From the NCBI GenBank assembly GCA_907165135.1, contig OU015567.1, positions 14,384,001 through 14,448,000 of the forward strand: a stretch of DNA of 64,000 nucleotides. The letters run 5' to 3'. The position numbers were made by a program, and so were the translations under genes. A model generated the notes under the pieces. The model saw only the letters and a list, made by a program, of their open reading frames with translations, did not search any database and was not told the origin of the DNA. Of the stretch, positions 21,957 to 35,020 are shown in pieces. Origin of the DNA: Oikopleura dioica. Taxonomy: Eukaryota > Animalia > Chordata. The stretch's first letter is position 1, and each line of letters begins with the position of its first letter.

Positions 21957-24900
21957 CTAGTTGTCAGCCATTTTGACAAGGATAGGGACGATCTGCTCGA
22001 AGGTGGGTCGCTTGGAAGGCTCGTCTTTCATGCAGATTCTGATGACTTCCGCCATATTTGGAGTTATGCCGTTTGGAATGCGCACGCGCTAGAAATCGAT
22101 CAGAAATTTGGAAAATCGACCGCCGTCTTACCAAGTTTTCATGGGCAACTTGGATACCAATTTGCATTGATGAAAGATCTGCGAAAGGAATCTCGTGAGT
22201 GACCATTTCCCAAAGAACGATGGAGAAGCTCCACATGTCCGCTTTCTGAAATGACAGTATGAAAGCCGCAACCGCGCTCTGATCCGTACCTTTCTATTGT
22301 AATCATTTCCTTTGGGTGAGATAGGAGCGAGAGCTTCGGGAGCCATCCAAGCGGGATCGTAGATCTATTCAAGATTTTTAACTCTCGGAAGAATGACAAT
22401 TTGTCACCTTATCATTTCCCTGGATTGAAAAGTCGGAGCTTGCCAGATCAAGCCTAGCGTTTTGCTCACCATCGATAACGACATGCTTCGAGTTCAGCCG
22501 AAATCTTGGAGAGGATCCTGGCTAAAAGACGAAAAATTGTTGACCCTGAAAGTGAGAAGGAAAATACCTGCATGTCATGCAAGAACTTCATCCCTCGCGC
22601 AATATCAACGGCAAACTTTTTAATCGCATTGTTGTCCACCACCGGGATTCCCTTTCCTCCGTGCAAGACCGAGTTCAGCGATCCAACAGGCATCCATTGT
22701 GAAACAATCGCAAGCGTTGGAGGGTTCTAAAAGTCTTAATTGAAACCGGAAATCGGCTCTAAGCGAGCTTGAAATCTGGTCAATCTGTCTTCCGGCCTAG
22801 CGCGCGCCGGGGGCCGAGTCTCTGGACAGACTTTGCCTGGCGGGGCGCGCCAGTCTCGATTTTACGCTCGTTGTCGCTCTTGATCAAAATTGCTCCATAT
22901 TTAAAGATCCCGAAGTCTTCCAGAAAATCAGAAAAATAAAAATAATGTTTATCTTCAAACTTTTCAAAGCCTCGCTCGAAAGGCTCTTCAAAGAAGAAGT
23001 CGAAATCGGCCTAGAGCACTTGATCCTCTTCGCTGCCAAGTGCGGCATATGCCTGACGCTTCAAGATGTCATGATAGGATCGGTCAAAATAGAAGACCTA
23101 GTGCACTCGCTGAAGGAAATCAAGGCGCTAGAAGACCCCGTGATCATTCGAGCGCTGACGGAAACCATGTGTTTCATCCCTCCAGCTGGCCTCGCCCCTC
23201 AGCAGCGCAAAAATCTATCGACTTTGCTGAATCAAGAAATTCAACGCGAAATGTCTGATCTCTTGAACACCTCTGACTACTGTTCCGATCTCGAGGAGAC
23301 TTATTAATAATTTTTCCCTGTAAATACAAGAGTACCTGAATTTTGCTGACGATTCCAAGGGCAGGAAGGAGATTTTGATGGGAGAAAATTCGTGTTTTCG
23401 CGTATTCTTCTTGGAATTCGCGAAGATGCCTCGAAGAAAGAGCCAAAGGTTTCTGAGGCAAATAAGGGATGAATCCTCAAATTGAAGAGATAGTCTTACA
23501 TTATCATTGTCAGAGTCGACAGTAAGCGATCTCGGTAAAATGAGGATCTTTACTAAAACGTCGGAATCGTTCCATTTGCCTTTGAGAATGCTGTAGGACT
23601 TTGTGTCTTCCAGGCGAGCTTTGATGTTGAGTGCTTTCATGTCCAGATCGTTGTGTTTGTCCTGTAGTCGAAAAGTATGAGGTCTGAAAGAAGGAATTGA
23701 AGCAGTTAAAAAGGGAGGAGAGCTTACTTTGCCGTTCCAAGCCATGTTTTCGACTGATACGGGATTCTGTCGACACTCTCGTCGAGAGGCTTAGATTGAG
23801 ATGCAAAATGAGATCATCTGATTGGTCAAAAGAAAGTTAGATCGCAGAGAGAAATAATGTTCAAAGGGGGATTGAATTTACGACGATTTACGAATCACTT
23901 CAAAGTTCTTGAGCTGCCGGTAGAATTCAGAATCGATCAAAGCCAGTTGACGAAAAATCTTCATCGATTGCAAAGAGCGGCGCATCCCGACTTAGGAAAG
24001 CCAGCTTATAAATTTCTCGAATGAAGAGTTTTTAGGGGGTTCAGTTGATGAATCGGCGAGAATCAACTCGGCAGCTGGGATAATTCGATCCGCTCATCTC
24101 AGAGGCCTTCATCTTTTGGAATTACGAGGCGTGACGTTTGATGAAAATGCTTCCCAACCACCTAATGATTATGGTTCAATTTTTACGAAAAAACAGTTAG
24201 TTAGTTCGATCTTGGGTCAATTTTATCAAAAAACAAATCTCGTAGTTCATTTCCTGCTGTGAGGTGCCCCTAAGTGGCGCCCTCTTTTGGAAGATGGATC
24301 ACAGATTATAATGGACAATACCAAGTTCACGATAAATGAAAAGTTATAAGTTGTAAAATGAAAGCAAAATTGTTTGCATATATTCGTCGCCTTGTCTATT
24401 AAACCAGATAAAGAATTTCTCTTTAACATGATGGAAATCAACGAGGACCTCGACGACTGCTCTTCAATCGACCAAGTGAATGTTATCAAATCAGAAAATG
24501 AAGCGGCCGTTGAAGACCTCGTAGAAAAAATATCATCTTCTTTCGACAATGAAGACTTTGAACGCGCTCTAGAACTGCTGCAGCACATGAAGTACCGCGA
24601 GCGACTTGCAAAGCGCGTCGAGAAAAAAATCGAAAGTTTCTAATAAATTCGAAAATACAACTCATTCCTGATCCATTTGCTGTGCTCTAGCTTTCAACTC
24701 GGTCGCAAGAGCACGTCTGGCTTTTTCTAGCGGCGTTTGTCCGTATTTATTCTCCAGAAGGAGCTTTGCACCATTTTCAAACAGCAGGATTGCAAGTTCC
24801 CTAGACAAATGTTCGGTTTCATGGATTTTCATTTATAGAATAAACATGGTAACATTTACAGAATTCTACCGATAGTTGCCAAAGCAAGCGTAGTGCAGGG

Positions 24901-25288
24901 GGCTATTTCCGTGCTCATTTCGCTCATTTAGCAGGGACAGCGTCGTTTTGTGCCTCATAAGGGTCTTGGCAATTTCCAGATGACCACATTGGCAGGCATT
25001 GTGAAGAGGAGTATCGTCTCCTCGGTTCTTGGCAGAGACACGGGCTCCCCGGTCAAGCAGCAGTTCTACAACTTGTTTGTGGCCGTATCTAGCCGCCCAG
25101 TGTAGGGGAGTGAACCAGTGATCATCGACCTGTAAGAGAACAGTAACGACTGCATTGAAGATTTGTGATGTTACCTGGTTCACATCGTTTTCAGTATTAT
25201 CTAGCCAGAGTTTTATGCTCATGACACTGTCGCCCTTCTTCGAAAGGTGGAAAATGTCTGCTGGTTGTTGTGCTTCCATCATCGCCAT
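21957..25288 (-). CDS. ILK: Integrin-linked kinase (ankyrin repeats + pseudokinase)
   Basis: [96 protein letters not shown]. Confidence 0.95.
22945..23307 (+). CDS. Orphan ORF nested antisense in an ILK intron (5' end unresolved)
   Basis: 120-aa open frame with protein-like composition inside the ILK intron ~22730-23335; possible upstream exon [13 protein letters not shown].. at ~22775-22930 via a GA-AG intron. Confidence 0.45.
   Translation: MFIFKLFKASLERLFKEEVEIGLEHLILFAAKCGICLTLQDVMIGSVKIEDLVHSLKEIKALEDPVIIRALTETMCFIPPAGLAPQQRKNLSTLLNQEIQREMSDLLNTSDYCSDLEETY
23857..24643 (+). CDS. HSCB: Mitochondrial Fe-S co-chaperone HscB/HSC20, nested antisense in an ILK intron
   Basis: [23 protein letters not shown] (J-domain HPD); [10 protein letters not shown]; [13 protein letters not shown]; [21 protein letters not shown]. 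Confidence 0.88.
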
Positions 25289-25581
25289 TTTGACTATTTC
25301 TACTCTAGGATCAAAAATCAGTTGCATTTTGCTGTTGTTAAACGTTTTCTTATCAGTAAGTGTAATTTCTGGAAGACAGAATGAATCATGCAGCTAAAAC
25401 TGTAAGGCGTAATGGTGAGTAGGTGGTGGTAAGGTCACTTTGAATAGAGAAAAACGAGCACTAGAATTGCAGAAGGCCACGATTGAACTAAATGTTTCTA
25501 AGAGTACGTTCATTCGATGTTCATTTTGAAGATCAAATATTGAAATCTCGTAGACTACTTTAAGGAGAGCACAGAAGGTGT

Positions 25582-28081
25582 CTAATAATAATAATCGATG
25601 AGTTTCTGACGTTCGGATCTCATCAAATCGTATTTATCATTGTTGGTCAGCTTGTAGACGCGAAATGTCTTGTTCTCAAGCACCAGCTGGAAATATTTTG
25701 CATAAGAGGGATTTACTTGAACTTCGTTGCAAAATCTTTCTGGCAGACCCGCCTTTGGAGTCGTTCGGTCAGCCTTAAAAATATTGTCTAGGCTTTCTCA
25801 ATTCAAAGCGATTGAAACCTGAAGATGATCATTTGCTAGGTCAATCAGATCTGGCGTCGCGCAGTTATCCTTTTTCGAACCGCCTTGATAGCAAATCGAG
25901 TTTTCCACCACAATATGCGTCGTTCCATATTTTCCTAGCCGCTCGAGCACTTCTTCCGCCGTTCTATGAGCGTAAATCTGGTATACATCGAAAGTAGTTT
26001 CTCTCAACCGCTTGTCTTCGTAATGAGGATGATTTGTGAGCGCTCTCCAGGTGCTAAATGACAAATTAAACAACTGGTCTACATTCCAGGTTAGGGTTAG
26101 GTTACCTGAGCCGGACGCCAGCATTGAGCTGCATAGATCCCGAAAAGACTGTATCTCTCGGCTGCTGGGCTCCCCATTCCATGAGCTCTACTGTGTCGGG
26201 ATCGTAAAATTCGAGCTCTTTAGTCGTTTGCTTCGTGTAGTCTTCAATGTTGTTGTAATAGGCTCCGAATAAAAGAGCAGCAGTGATGAAAAATCTTCCA
26301 TCTCTCCATTTTAATATTCCCCAAATTTCCGGAAGCGACACTTTTCAAGGTAAAAAGCTTCAAAAACTTTACGCGAATTTCACTTTTCAACCTTGCCTAA
26401 ACAAATCAAAGCGGCCGCATGCGGCGACCACAAGTACTTCATTCTCATCGTCGACAAAGCAAGAAGGAAAAAGATAAAGGAGTGGATGAGATGATAGCCG
26501 ATTTCGGGGCGATCTGAAAATGGTCCTCTTCCAGGCTTGCCATTTTCGTCCATTGACCAGACTTGAAATTGGTGGTATAAAAGAGCTAATAATCCAACGA
26601 CAAGGACTGCGATCCAAGCTGGTAGGAATCCCTGCGTTGCTAGCCGCGGGAAAGTGTCTTTTGGCAGGAAATTGAACGCGCCATTGCATAGATAGAGCTA
26701 TTTCGAGGTCATAATGGACATTTTTAGACAGTGGGGGCTGTTATAAGTTGTCTTCTAACCTTTCCTTTGCGTCGAAATCATCCGTTTCGGCGATTTCAAA
26801 CTTTGCGAGGAGAAATTTGAAAATATGCTCGTCAGGCTCAACAGCTATTGCCGATTTGACTCCCATTTGGAAAACGGTAGCGAGAGCGATTGTGAGAATG
26901 ATTTCGATAATGAGCTTCAGGAAGGAAATAATTGCGCCGTCTTTAGATCTGCGTAGACGACAAGAAAGCATAATCCAAGCTGCAGGAATGAAGGAAGCAA
27001 CAAGTGATCTATAAAAGAATGATAAGCTGGAATAAAATTCTGTGGGTAAACCTTGGAGTCATGGTATTGAAGAACTGGAGAATGTAAGTCATCACCAGCG
27101 AAAATATCAGAGACAGATAGACAACTTTCACTTTCTTCGTTGGCACCAGATCGAGAGCACCAGCGCCATAAAGCGCGCAAGCTTGGAGAAGAAAGACGAA
27201 CTGATTGAATTGCCAGCAAATCGCGAAGCAAAAAGAAGCTGGAAAGTTTTCATTTCTATCTTTCAAATCAAAACGAAAACTTACCGAAACAAAGCCCTAC
27301 TGTATATTTGACATCGTGCTGAGTACCCTGTTTGAAATATTTTGTCAGTATTGCCAGTTGAAGAGCCCAAAAAGGAAGAGCGAAGGACTCTCTCAGCGGA
27401 ACGGTGAACTCGACTCTCGTCATGTCGAATCGAGCCAGAGTGAAGAAGACTGGAGCGGGAAGAGCGCATACCCATGATCCACAAAGCATCCAAGCTGTGA
27501 AGTACAGCGACAAACTGTAGATAAGTTGGAGATTGAACACTAAAATTCCATCAAAATAAAGAAGATGGAGGAAAGAAACCTTGGTATGTGTACCAAATGA
27601 TCGGGATGAGCTTTGGTTTGAGAATTTTGTAGACGACGCCTAAGAAAAACTCCTGGTAGATGTTGAATCGCTCGAGGATATTGACTTCATTAGGGAATTC
27701 GGTTTTGTTATCGCGGGTGTATCGATGCATGGCAGTTGAAAAATCGGGAGCTTCAACGTATTGCTTGAAGTAAGAATAATAGAGTCCAGATTCTGTTCTT
27801 TCATGAAGTTCGAGAAATACTCGCCGCGTAAGTAAGAACCTTCGAAACGAACCTTTCCTGAAAGAAATTTCTCTTTCGACCTGCTTGATGTTCGTGAACC
27901 ACATTTCATTTTCATGCTGAATGTACAGATACCATGTATGATGATAAGCAATGGCCAAACCAATGAGAACTCCAATCACATTCCAAACCAAAGAAAGAAA
28001 ATTAACTTCCGCTCGTTTTCCAGTATCCACTTTCTTTGCTTCTTTCTCTTTCGATTTCCTATCCGATGCCTTTTTGGCCAT
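25582..28081 (-). CDS. DPY19L3: DPY19-family C-mannosyltransferase, DPY19L3-like
   Basis: HENEMWFTNIKQVEREISFRTESGLYYSYFK; TRVEFTVPLRE; DTVELMEW..SMQLNAGVRL; LTNHPHYED; NKTFRVYKL. Confidence 0.9.
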
Positions 28082-28194
28082 TCTAAAACAAGAGTTTTAA
28101 GCAAATGGGTTTATAAAAATAGTTCTGTAATTAAAAAATAAAAACATGGATGATGGAAGTGATAGAAAACAGTGATGGAGACGGTTGGACATTT

Positions 28195-29693
28195 TCAAAT
28201 TTCGTTTTGTTTCTTGATTCTTTGATACAGCGCGCCTCCTGGAGCATCAGAAAAGCTCATAGCCGCCCAAGAGAGAAGAAGAAGTGATGCTCGAATCCAC
28301 TCGACGATGATGAAGCCGTCGGAGTCTGATTAAATAAAAACATGAGCGTTTCTCGCGACCAAGAATAAGTACCTTCGAAATCAGGAACTTGTGTGGCATT
28401 TTGACTGTCTGGAAGAGCCTCAACTGCCTCCAATTTTGCAGTTTCATAAAGGCAATCACCAACAGCCGAGATCATAAGAGCTATGAGAAGGGCGATGTTG
28501 CTCAAACTCGCTGGATCGAATCGAATGAGTCGTGTCAATCCGCCGATTCCAAGTGGATCGACGTTGCAAAGCGTTCCGAATGTCGCGAATGTTATTAACG
28601 CACTCACTGTTACATCTAAAAGCAGCTTTCAAGACAACGAAAGGCCTCGTTTTGTCAACTTACAGAGAGCTTCCCTAGCTTCGCGATGGAAGTGAACACT
28701 GAACTGATTCCCTAGAGCTCCAATCAACGCAATACCAGCAGAAAGTCCAAGAGAAAATCTCGCAAAATTTCTTATAATCGTTAGCAGTCCTTCTCCTTGT
28801 TTATGCGTTGTTTCGGGAGTAGCAAAAGCGGGCTAAATAAGAAATTTTAATATAAAAGGAAAGTGGTAAAAAGTCTCACCATTCTGCCATGATTGTCCAT
28901 TGGCCGGGTGTTATCTCCGGGCGCTTTAGCCTGGAAGCCAGTTTTCGTCTGTTGGGAATTCGTTAGAACAAGATAATGCTTTTGGCTTGATTTACCTGAA
29001 CATAGAGATGGCCTTCAGTTGGATTGACGTTATTTGGTCGGCCGTAGTCTTTCACACTATAAACGATGAATAATTACAGTAAAACACTGTAATAACTTAC
29101 CTATTGGGCTTATGGACTTTTTTCGTTTCCACAGGAGCATGTTTAGCCAACAATGTTTGGTATCTTACATCAACAGGCACGTCTTCAGGGATTTCAGCTG
29201 GCTCGTTTAAAATTTGCGGCGGAGCTCCTGCGGGAATCGGCATTCCTCGGTCGATTCCATCCAAATTTCCCATGTCGATGTTTTGAGCTGGTTCTTCACC
29301 GAGATTTGCACTGTCGGGGTAGATATTCTGTCGGGGTAGATATTCTGTTCTCTCGAGGGTTTCGTCAAATCGGACGGATTTCGAGCTCTGTTTCATCAGC
29401 GGAGGAACGTCTTCTGTCATTTGGAAGGATTCATTGACTTGCTCCTGAGGCAAAGCATCGACTGGGCGAGGTGAAAGAGTCTCCAAGGATCGTGGCGATT
29501 CTTGAACAAGCTGAACCGTATCTGATGTGCTATCCGGAGCAGGTGCTTTTGTTCGTCGCTTCTTTCGCTGACGACGAGCGGTAGATTGAATTGGCGGAAG
29601 TTGGGTAGGAGGAGGCATGCTTGCTGGGCTTTCATTAGGTTGACCGGAATCTGGTGCGGGCAGATCATTCAGCTGATCCAAAATCGAAGACAT
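28195..29693 (-). CDS. TMEM237-like ciliary transition-zone membrane protein
   Basis: Long disordered N-terminus with RRQRKKRR, then about 4 TM segments (GLSAGIALIG; ITFATFGTL; IRFDPASLSNIALLIALMIS; WIRASLLLSWAAMSF) resembling the TMEM237 layout, recalled from memory. Confidence 0.55.
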
Positions 29694-30545
29694 TCTGGGT
29701 ATGTTTTGTTTGAACTAACGAATTGAAAAAAAGATTAGCGCTAGAATTATGAAGAATTACAAAATTGTCTGAGCGAGTAGATATGAAGGCACTGGTCTTA
29801 ACATAAGTATACAGAAAATCATGACATCAGGATGAATTATAAGTGTGAAAGAGTATTGGAACTACCAAAAGCAAAGCGTTGTCAATCAGTTGAAATAATT
29901 TACAGAAGCAAATGAAGGAAATCTCTGTGTATAAGGTATAGAAAAGGACATGAAGAGATAGTAACACTGCGTTGCATCGAAAATAATAATCTCGCGGCAT
30001 CGTCGGAGTTGTCGGTCTTTGAGGAATGATTAGATCCTGCTCGCACTTCATCTGCGCCGGGGTCCATTTCCGTATGGGTATTGCTTTAGTCCGTTTTCAT
30101 AAAACACAATTGTCATCGACATTTGTCGATGTTGAATTTTTCCACAGCAATGTTAACAACAAAATTAGCGAACAGCAGACTTTTTCCTGCTTCTATTCTG
30201 CAGTTCTGATTCAAATCTTTTGCTAGAAATTCGATTCAACATGCAACAACCCTGCGACAGACGTTTTTTATCAGGAAAATTTATTCATTTTATTGTTTTG
30301 TGTTTTATTTGTCAGTGAACTCCGTTTTCTGTTTGTTTCAGGTAGAGGGTTCTGTACAAGAAGCAAGATTTTTTGAAGACATTGATTTGCTTGACTGGTG
30401 GGTGATTTCTTGAAGGAAAAAATGCAAAAAATATATTTTAAACCTGAGAACTTATTATAATAATTATGAATTAATAAATAATAATGCGCCAGTTTTTTAT
30501 CTGTGAGGGTCACTACACATATCCTACTATATATACATTTATGAA

Positions 30546-32416
30546 TTAAAACTCTAGTTTTTTAGGAAAGCAAGTATCGAGAATGGAGAACATATGCTGT
30601 CCGCATTCGTTCTGATTCTTGAAGACAATCGACTCAAACTGAGGGGTAGACGACTGAGATCGAGAGGAGGTGCTGGATGAACTTGAAGAGGTTGCTGAAG
30701 ACTGAGAAGTGGTAGTGGAGGAAATGGGTTTCAAAGCTGGCTCTAGAGCCGCTTTGGTTTCAATAATGTTAGAAGAAGCGATGTGAGGGTGGTGAGCATA
30801 AAAGGGCTCGCGAATATTGGGCCGCAATTCAATAGTGTTGCTGTTTAAGTCCTTGGGCAAGAACTGAGACGAAACTGGAGGACAAGGGCGATTAATAGTG
30901 GCATCAGCTTCTGTCTCCCTTGTAGCAGGGGCCGGTTGGTGAGGGCTTTGGAAGGCAGGGAGATTTCGGCGGGGAAATACTTTGCCAGGTGGAGAGATAA
31001 GTTTGGGGTCGTAGAAGGGGAAAGGCGGGGGAGCAACAGGGAAACGAGGGACGGCAAAGGGAAGACGAAACATGTTGAAGGATGGGTGGGGGACTTGCGG
31101 TTGCTGAAAACGTTCCTGTAAGTGAGCGCGGCCAGTTTGAAGCTGCCCAGAGTGGACGTACTGCTCTGCTTGTCCATTTTGAAGAAGTACGCTGTTAAGT
31201 TGATCTGAAACATCAGATAGATGCGATTTCAATAAGAATTCTATACCCTGAGAAATAACTGGCGTGTTTCCGTATTGCATCACGCTCGTCTGTCGAACAC
31301 TTTCGGTAAGAAGTCCTCGCGGAGATTGCTGAGGAGCACTCCTTTGTCCGTGCGCTTGTTGATACTGCGCTTGATTCATCTGCTGATATAAACGTAGTTC
31401 TTCCTCAGCTTGGTGGGAATGGTCGCTCGATCGGAAGCCCGGCTGATGGTAAGCTGGCTGCCTCCTTTCGTTCATTCTACTCACTTGATGCTGCAGATCT
31501 TGCTGAACAGCTGGATCTGTAAAGTACTGAGTATTCGGGATTCGGTCTACTCGTTGAATTCGCTGAGTTTGCGGTACTTGATGTCTCTGGTACGGATGGT
31601 GCTGGAGCTTTGGAGAGCGACGCTTTCTCTCTGGCTGAATGACCTTCGAATACTCGTTCGGGTGAAGATGTCGAATCGTATTTGAAGAAGCAGGCGGAAA
31701 GTTCACACCGTTCGATGTTACGCCCACGAGTTTCAGCGCTGGCGTACTGGCTCTTGTATCGACGAACGCGTTCTGTATGAAGTTGTTCACTTGTCGCTGA
31801 GTAGAGCGCTTCTCCTTCGTTAAATAGCTCGTTCTTGATCCTGGGCGCTCAGGCGAATCGTCTGAAATTACGCCACCATCTTCTGGAACTCCTCGCTTTC
31901 TTCCACTTTCTTGAGAGTGAAAGGATCTCATAATGACACCTTCTCGGTGAACGTCGGGCGAGCCCGAAAGCTCTGGAGTCACTGTTAGTGGTTTTTCCAT
32001 CGATGGTTTGACGCTTAATGAAAATTTATGCATTGTTCTCTTCGTTGATGTCAAAAAGTCTTGGTTGCTATTCAAATAATCGCGTAATAACAAGGGTTTG
32101 AAAATTACCTCATAACGTCAATATATTCATTCTCTTGCGTCTGTGCCGGCACCACTACCTCTTCTCTTTGCAGTGGCTTGTAATACGCGATTTCGTCTGC
32201 ACGGGTACCCACATCAAGTTCCTCGCCGCTTTCGCTCTGAATGTAACATTGATACGCCTCATACATTATGCTCTCGTTTGTTATATATAGAGTCCAGGCC
32301 GATTTATATCTATCGAATGGTAAGTGCACGCTTCGATGACGATACGTCGAGTATCACGGGTCATTTAGGATTTGGTGTTTTACCGAGTGCTTGTATACAT
32401 TTTTTAAATCATCCAT
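30546..32416 (-). CDS. Orphan protein: short N-terminal folded segment + long Q/P/S-rich disordered region
   Basis: Exons ~32416-32385, ~32331-32109 and a 1.5-kb terminal exon (ORF 30546-32093) join in frame via GT-AG introns. Confidence 0.65.
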
Positions 32417-32977
32417 CGTGCCATTTGAAATAATGTGACTCGTAGTAAGAATATGTTAATCATCAAAAATGACATATAATTTTGTTAACATAAAGCTTTA
32501 GTGCAAAGAAAATTGGAAAATAAATAGATTAGTATGTTCGCTCAACTGTGAAAATTCACGTAGAACTCTCTTGATAGTATATCTTTACGGCGATGGAAAG
32601 TAAAATTACCTCTATTTCAATGGAAGCCGATCGTTGTCTTTTGAAAGGCGCTGCACCGTTCGCTAAATATTCATTTTTAGTGAATGATAAAATTAATTAT
32701 TGACTGGAATCAGATGGCTTTATTAATTAACATGAGTGTGTGGCCCTGCTGAAATTTTAATCGCGACTCTATATAAAACGCGACGTGTTACTGTACCTAA
32801 GCCTTGGTTGATAAAAATGGGGAATTCTCGGACCATGGCTTGGCCGTTTTGCCAGTCTTGCTCGTCTTGATTGATAGTTAGGTGGGTGGAATCAGATTGG
32901 TCTGAATATTGTTGAATTATATTCAGATATTGATTGTTTTCTGATTATTTTTTTTATCATAACATTATTCACTAACA

Positions 32978-35020
32978 TTATTGATAAAAAAAGCTATTTT
33001 TCTCTAAGATCTCGTTCAAACCTGGAACTGTTTCCTCAAAGCCGTTGTCGATCTCTGTCTTGTGCGCTCCTCCTTCAAGCAGTTCTACTGTAAACTCTTC
33101 CTGAGAATATTTTCCCTCCTTTTTCGCCTCTTCTTTCTCAAGTGTGCAATCGGATTCCTTCTTATCAACTAACGCGTCGGAATCTCTCTCATGCGCGGGT
33201 TCTTCTTTACGTTGCACATTCGGCTTATCGAAATTCTCCACCTTGCCGGCTTCAATTTTTCCCATGCTTTTGATGCTTTCTTCGTCGTATGAAAACTCGT
33301 CAACACTGTCGTGTTCAATTTGCTCACGCGATTTGAAGTTGTGTTTGAATTCAGAGTCCGAATCCGACGCCATCGCGACTTTAACCGATTCTTCAGGAGC
33401 TTCCTGGGTCTCTCGCGTCTCTTTTCCTTCATCGCCAATCTTTCCAACAGTTTCTTGAATTATCTTTTCCAGGTCAAAGGGTTCTGATGAAGGAGCACCA
33501 TCGGCGTCCTTCTCGATCGATTCGAAAGCTTCTTCCAGGATACTCTTTTTCCTTGCGAATGCACGAAGCGAACGGACATTTCCTTCCTCGGATTCACTTT
33601 TGTCAGTTGATGATTCTACTGGTTCAGCGACGATCTTCTGGACTTCATTTATTCTGCTACGAATACGCCTTTAAAAGACACTATTTTCATCCGAAGAGTT
33701 CTTACCTGACGCTGTCTTCAGATTTGTCAATATCTTCATTTGAATTTGACATTTTATCATTTTCATCAGGCTTTGTTAATTTTGCTTCACTAGAATTTGG
33801 CAGTGGAGAATTTGAAGGACTTTTTCTACTCATTGAATCTTCATCAATAATCAAGGAGCCATCTTTAGGGGAGGTCGGGTTGTTTTTCTCAGGTTCAGGA
33901 TCAACGAATTCATTCGGCAGCTGGTCAGGATGAAGATCTTCCAAAGAAGGAACAGAAACACTAAATTTATCATAACTTTTTTATCAAAATTCTTGAGATT
34001 ACTTTGAATCATTCGAAATCTTTCTCAGCGGTGGCGGAGGACTGCTCAACTCATTTTTCATACAGAGCTCCTCCTCTTCGTTTAAGAAAAACTCTTTCTT
34101 CGGCGACTCGCTCTCTTGGAGACTCTTTTCATTATTTTCTTCTTGGTTATTTTGATCGGCAAGACTGTTTGTCTTCTGGTTAGTTTGTTCTTGTTGAGTT
34201 TTTTCTGCATCATCATTATCATCATCGAGCGTTAGGTCAACAATTGCGACTTCGGTTTGGACGCGAGGTCGACTAGGGACGGACGTGTTTGGTCTACGAA
34301 TGCCTCGCCGTGTGTTCACTGGAAGAAAGTCACTTCCCGCCCTGGAGGCTGTTGGCGAGTACGCGTAGCCGATCGAACTCGTCATGCTCCCTCGTTTGAC
34401 TTGTGTCTTTGGAGGCGTCTTGCCAAGCTTCTCGTAGAATTCCAAACGGCGTTGGTCTAAAACGTAAAATCACTTTTGAAAAGTCAAAATCAGATTTATT
34501 CTTGACAAGCAAAGTTATATCTTTCATTTATCAACTTGATAGCTATCGACAAGTTGTAAATATTTGAATTGCTTTCGTAAATACAAGGATCAGGTGATAG
34601 TCACTTTCTAGCGATTAGGCTTTCCTGGAGACTCGAAACTATTTGATAACTATCGACAAAGGTCATTTGTATATTAAAAAAGATTCCTCATGGCCTGATA
34701 AATGCTGAGTTTCGTTATTACGTTTATTCCCCCTTGACCTTTGGGGGTAAATTTCATCACTGTTTTATAAGTTCACAAGTCTTACTTTTGCTGCTATCTT
34801 CACCGCGAAATGGGTACCATTTAGGAAGAAAGCGTCGGACCTGCTTGAAGCGGCCTTTCTTCTTATCGTCTGGGACGAGTTTTTCATAGCGCTCGTAGGC
34901 GATTTCCCAGGCATGGTCATTCAGAATTCCGACGGCTTGGAATTTCTTGCAGTGGTCGCAGAGGCCAAACTCTCGCCCACCCATTAGTTCGATCGGGATT
35001 CCATAGCTATCCGACTCCAT
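32978..35020 (-). CDS. Orphan acidic/disordered protein with an N-terminal CxxC region and a SIM-like motif
   Basis: Exon MESDSYG..CDHC.. splices in frame to QRRLEFYEKLG; IVDLTLDDD motif; successive acidic ORFs 33999-34445, 33702-33944, 32978-33373. Confidence 0.55.

Noticed and set aside
29827-30226. Short ORFs upstream of the TMEM237-like gene
   Set aside because: Interrupted by stops, with no splice-consistent model or motif.
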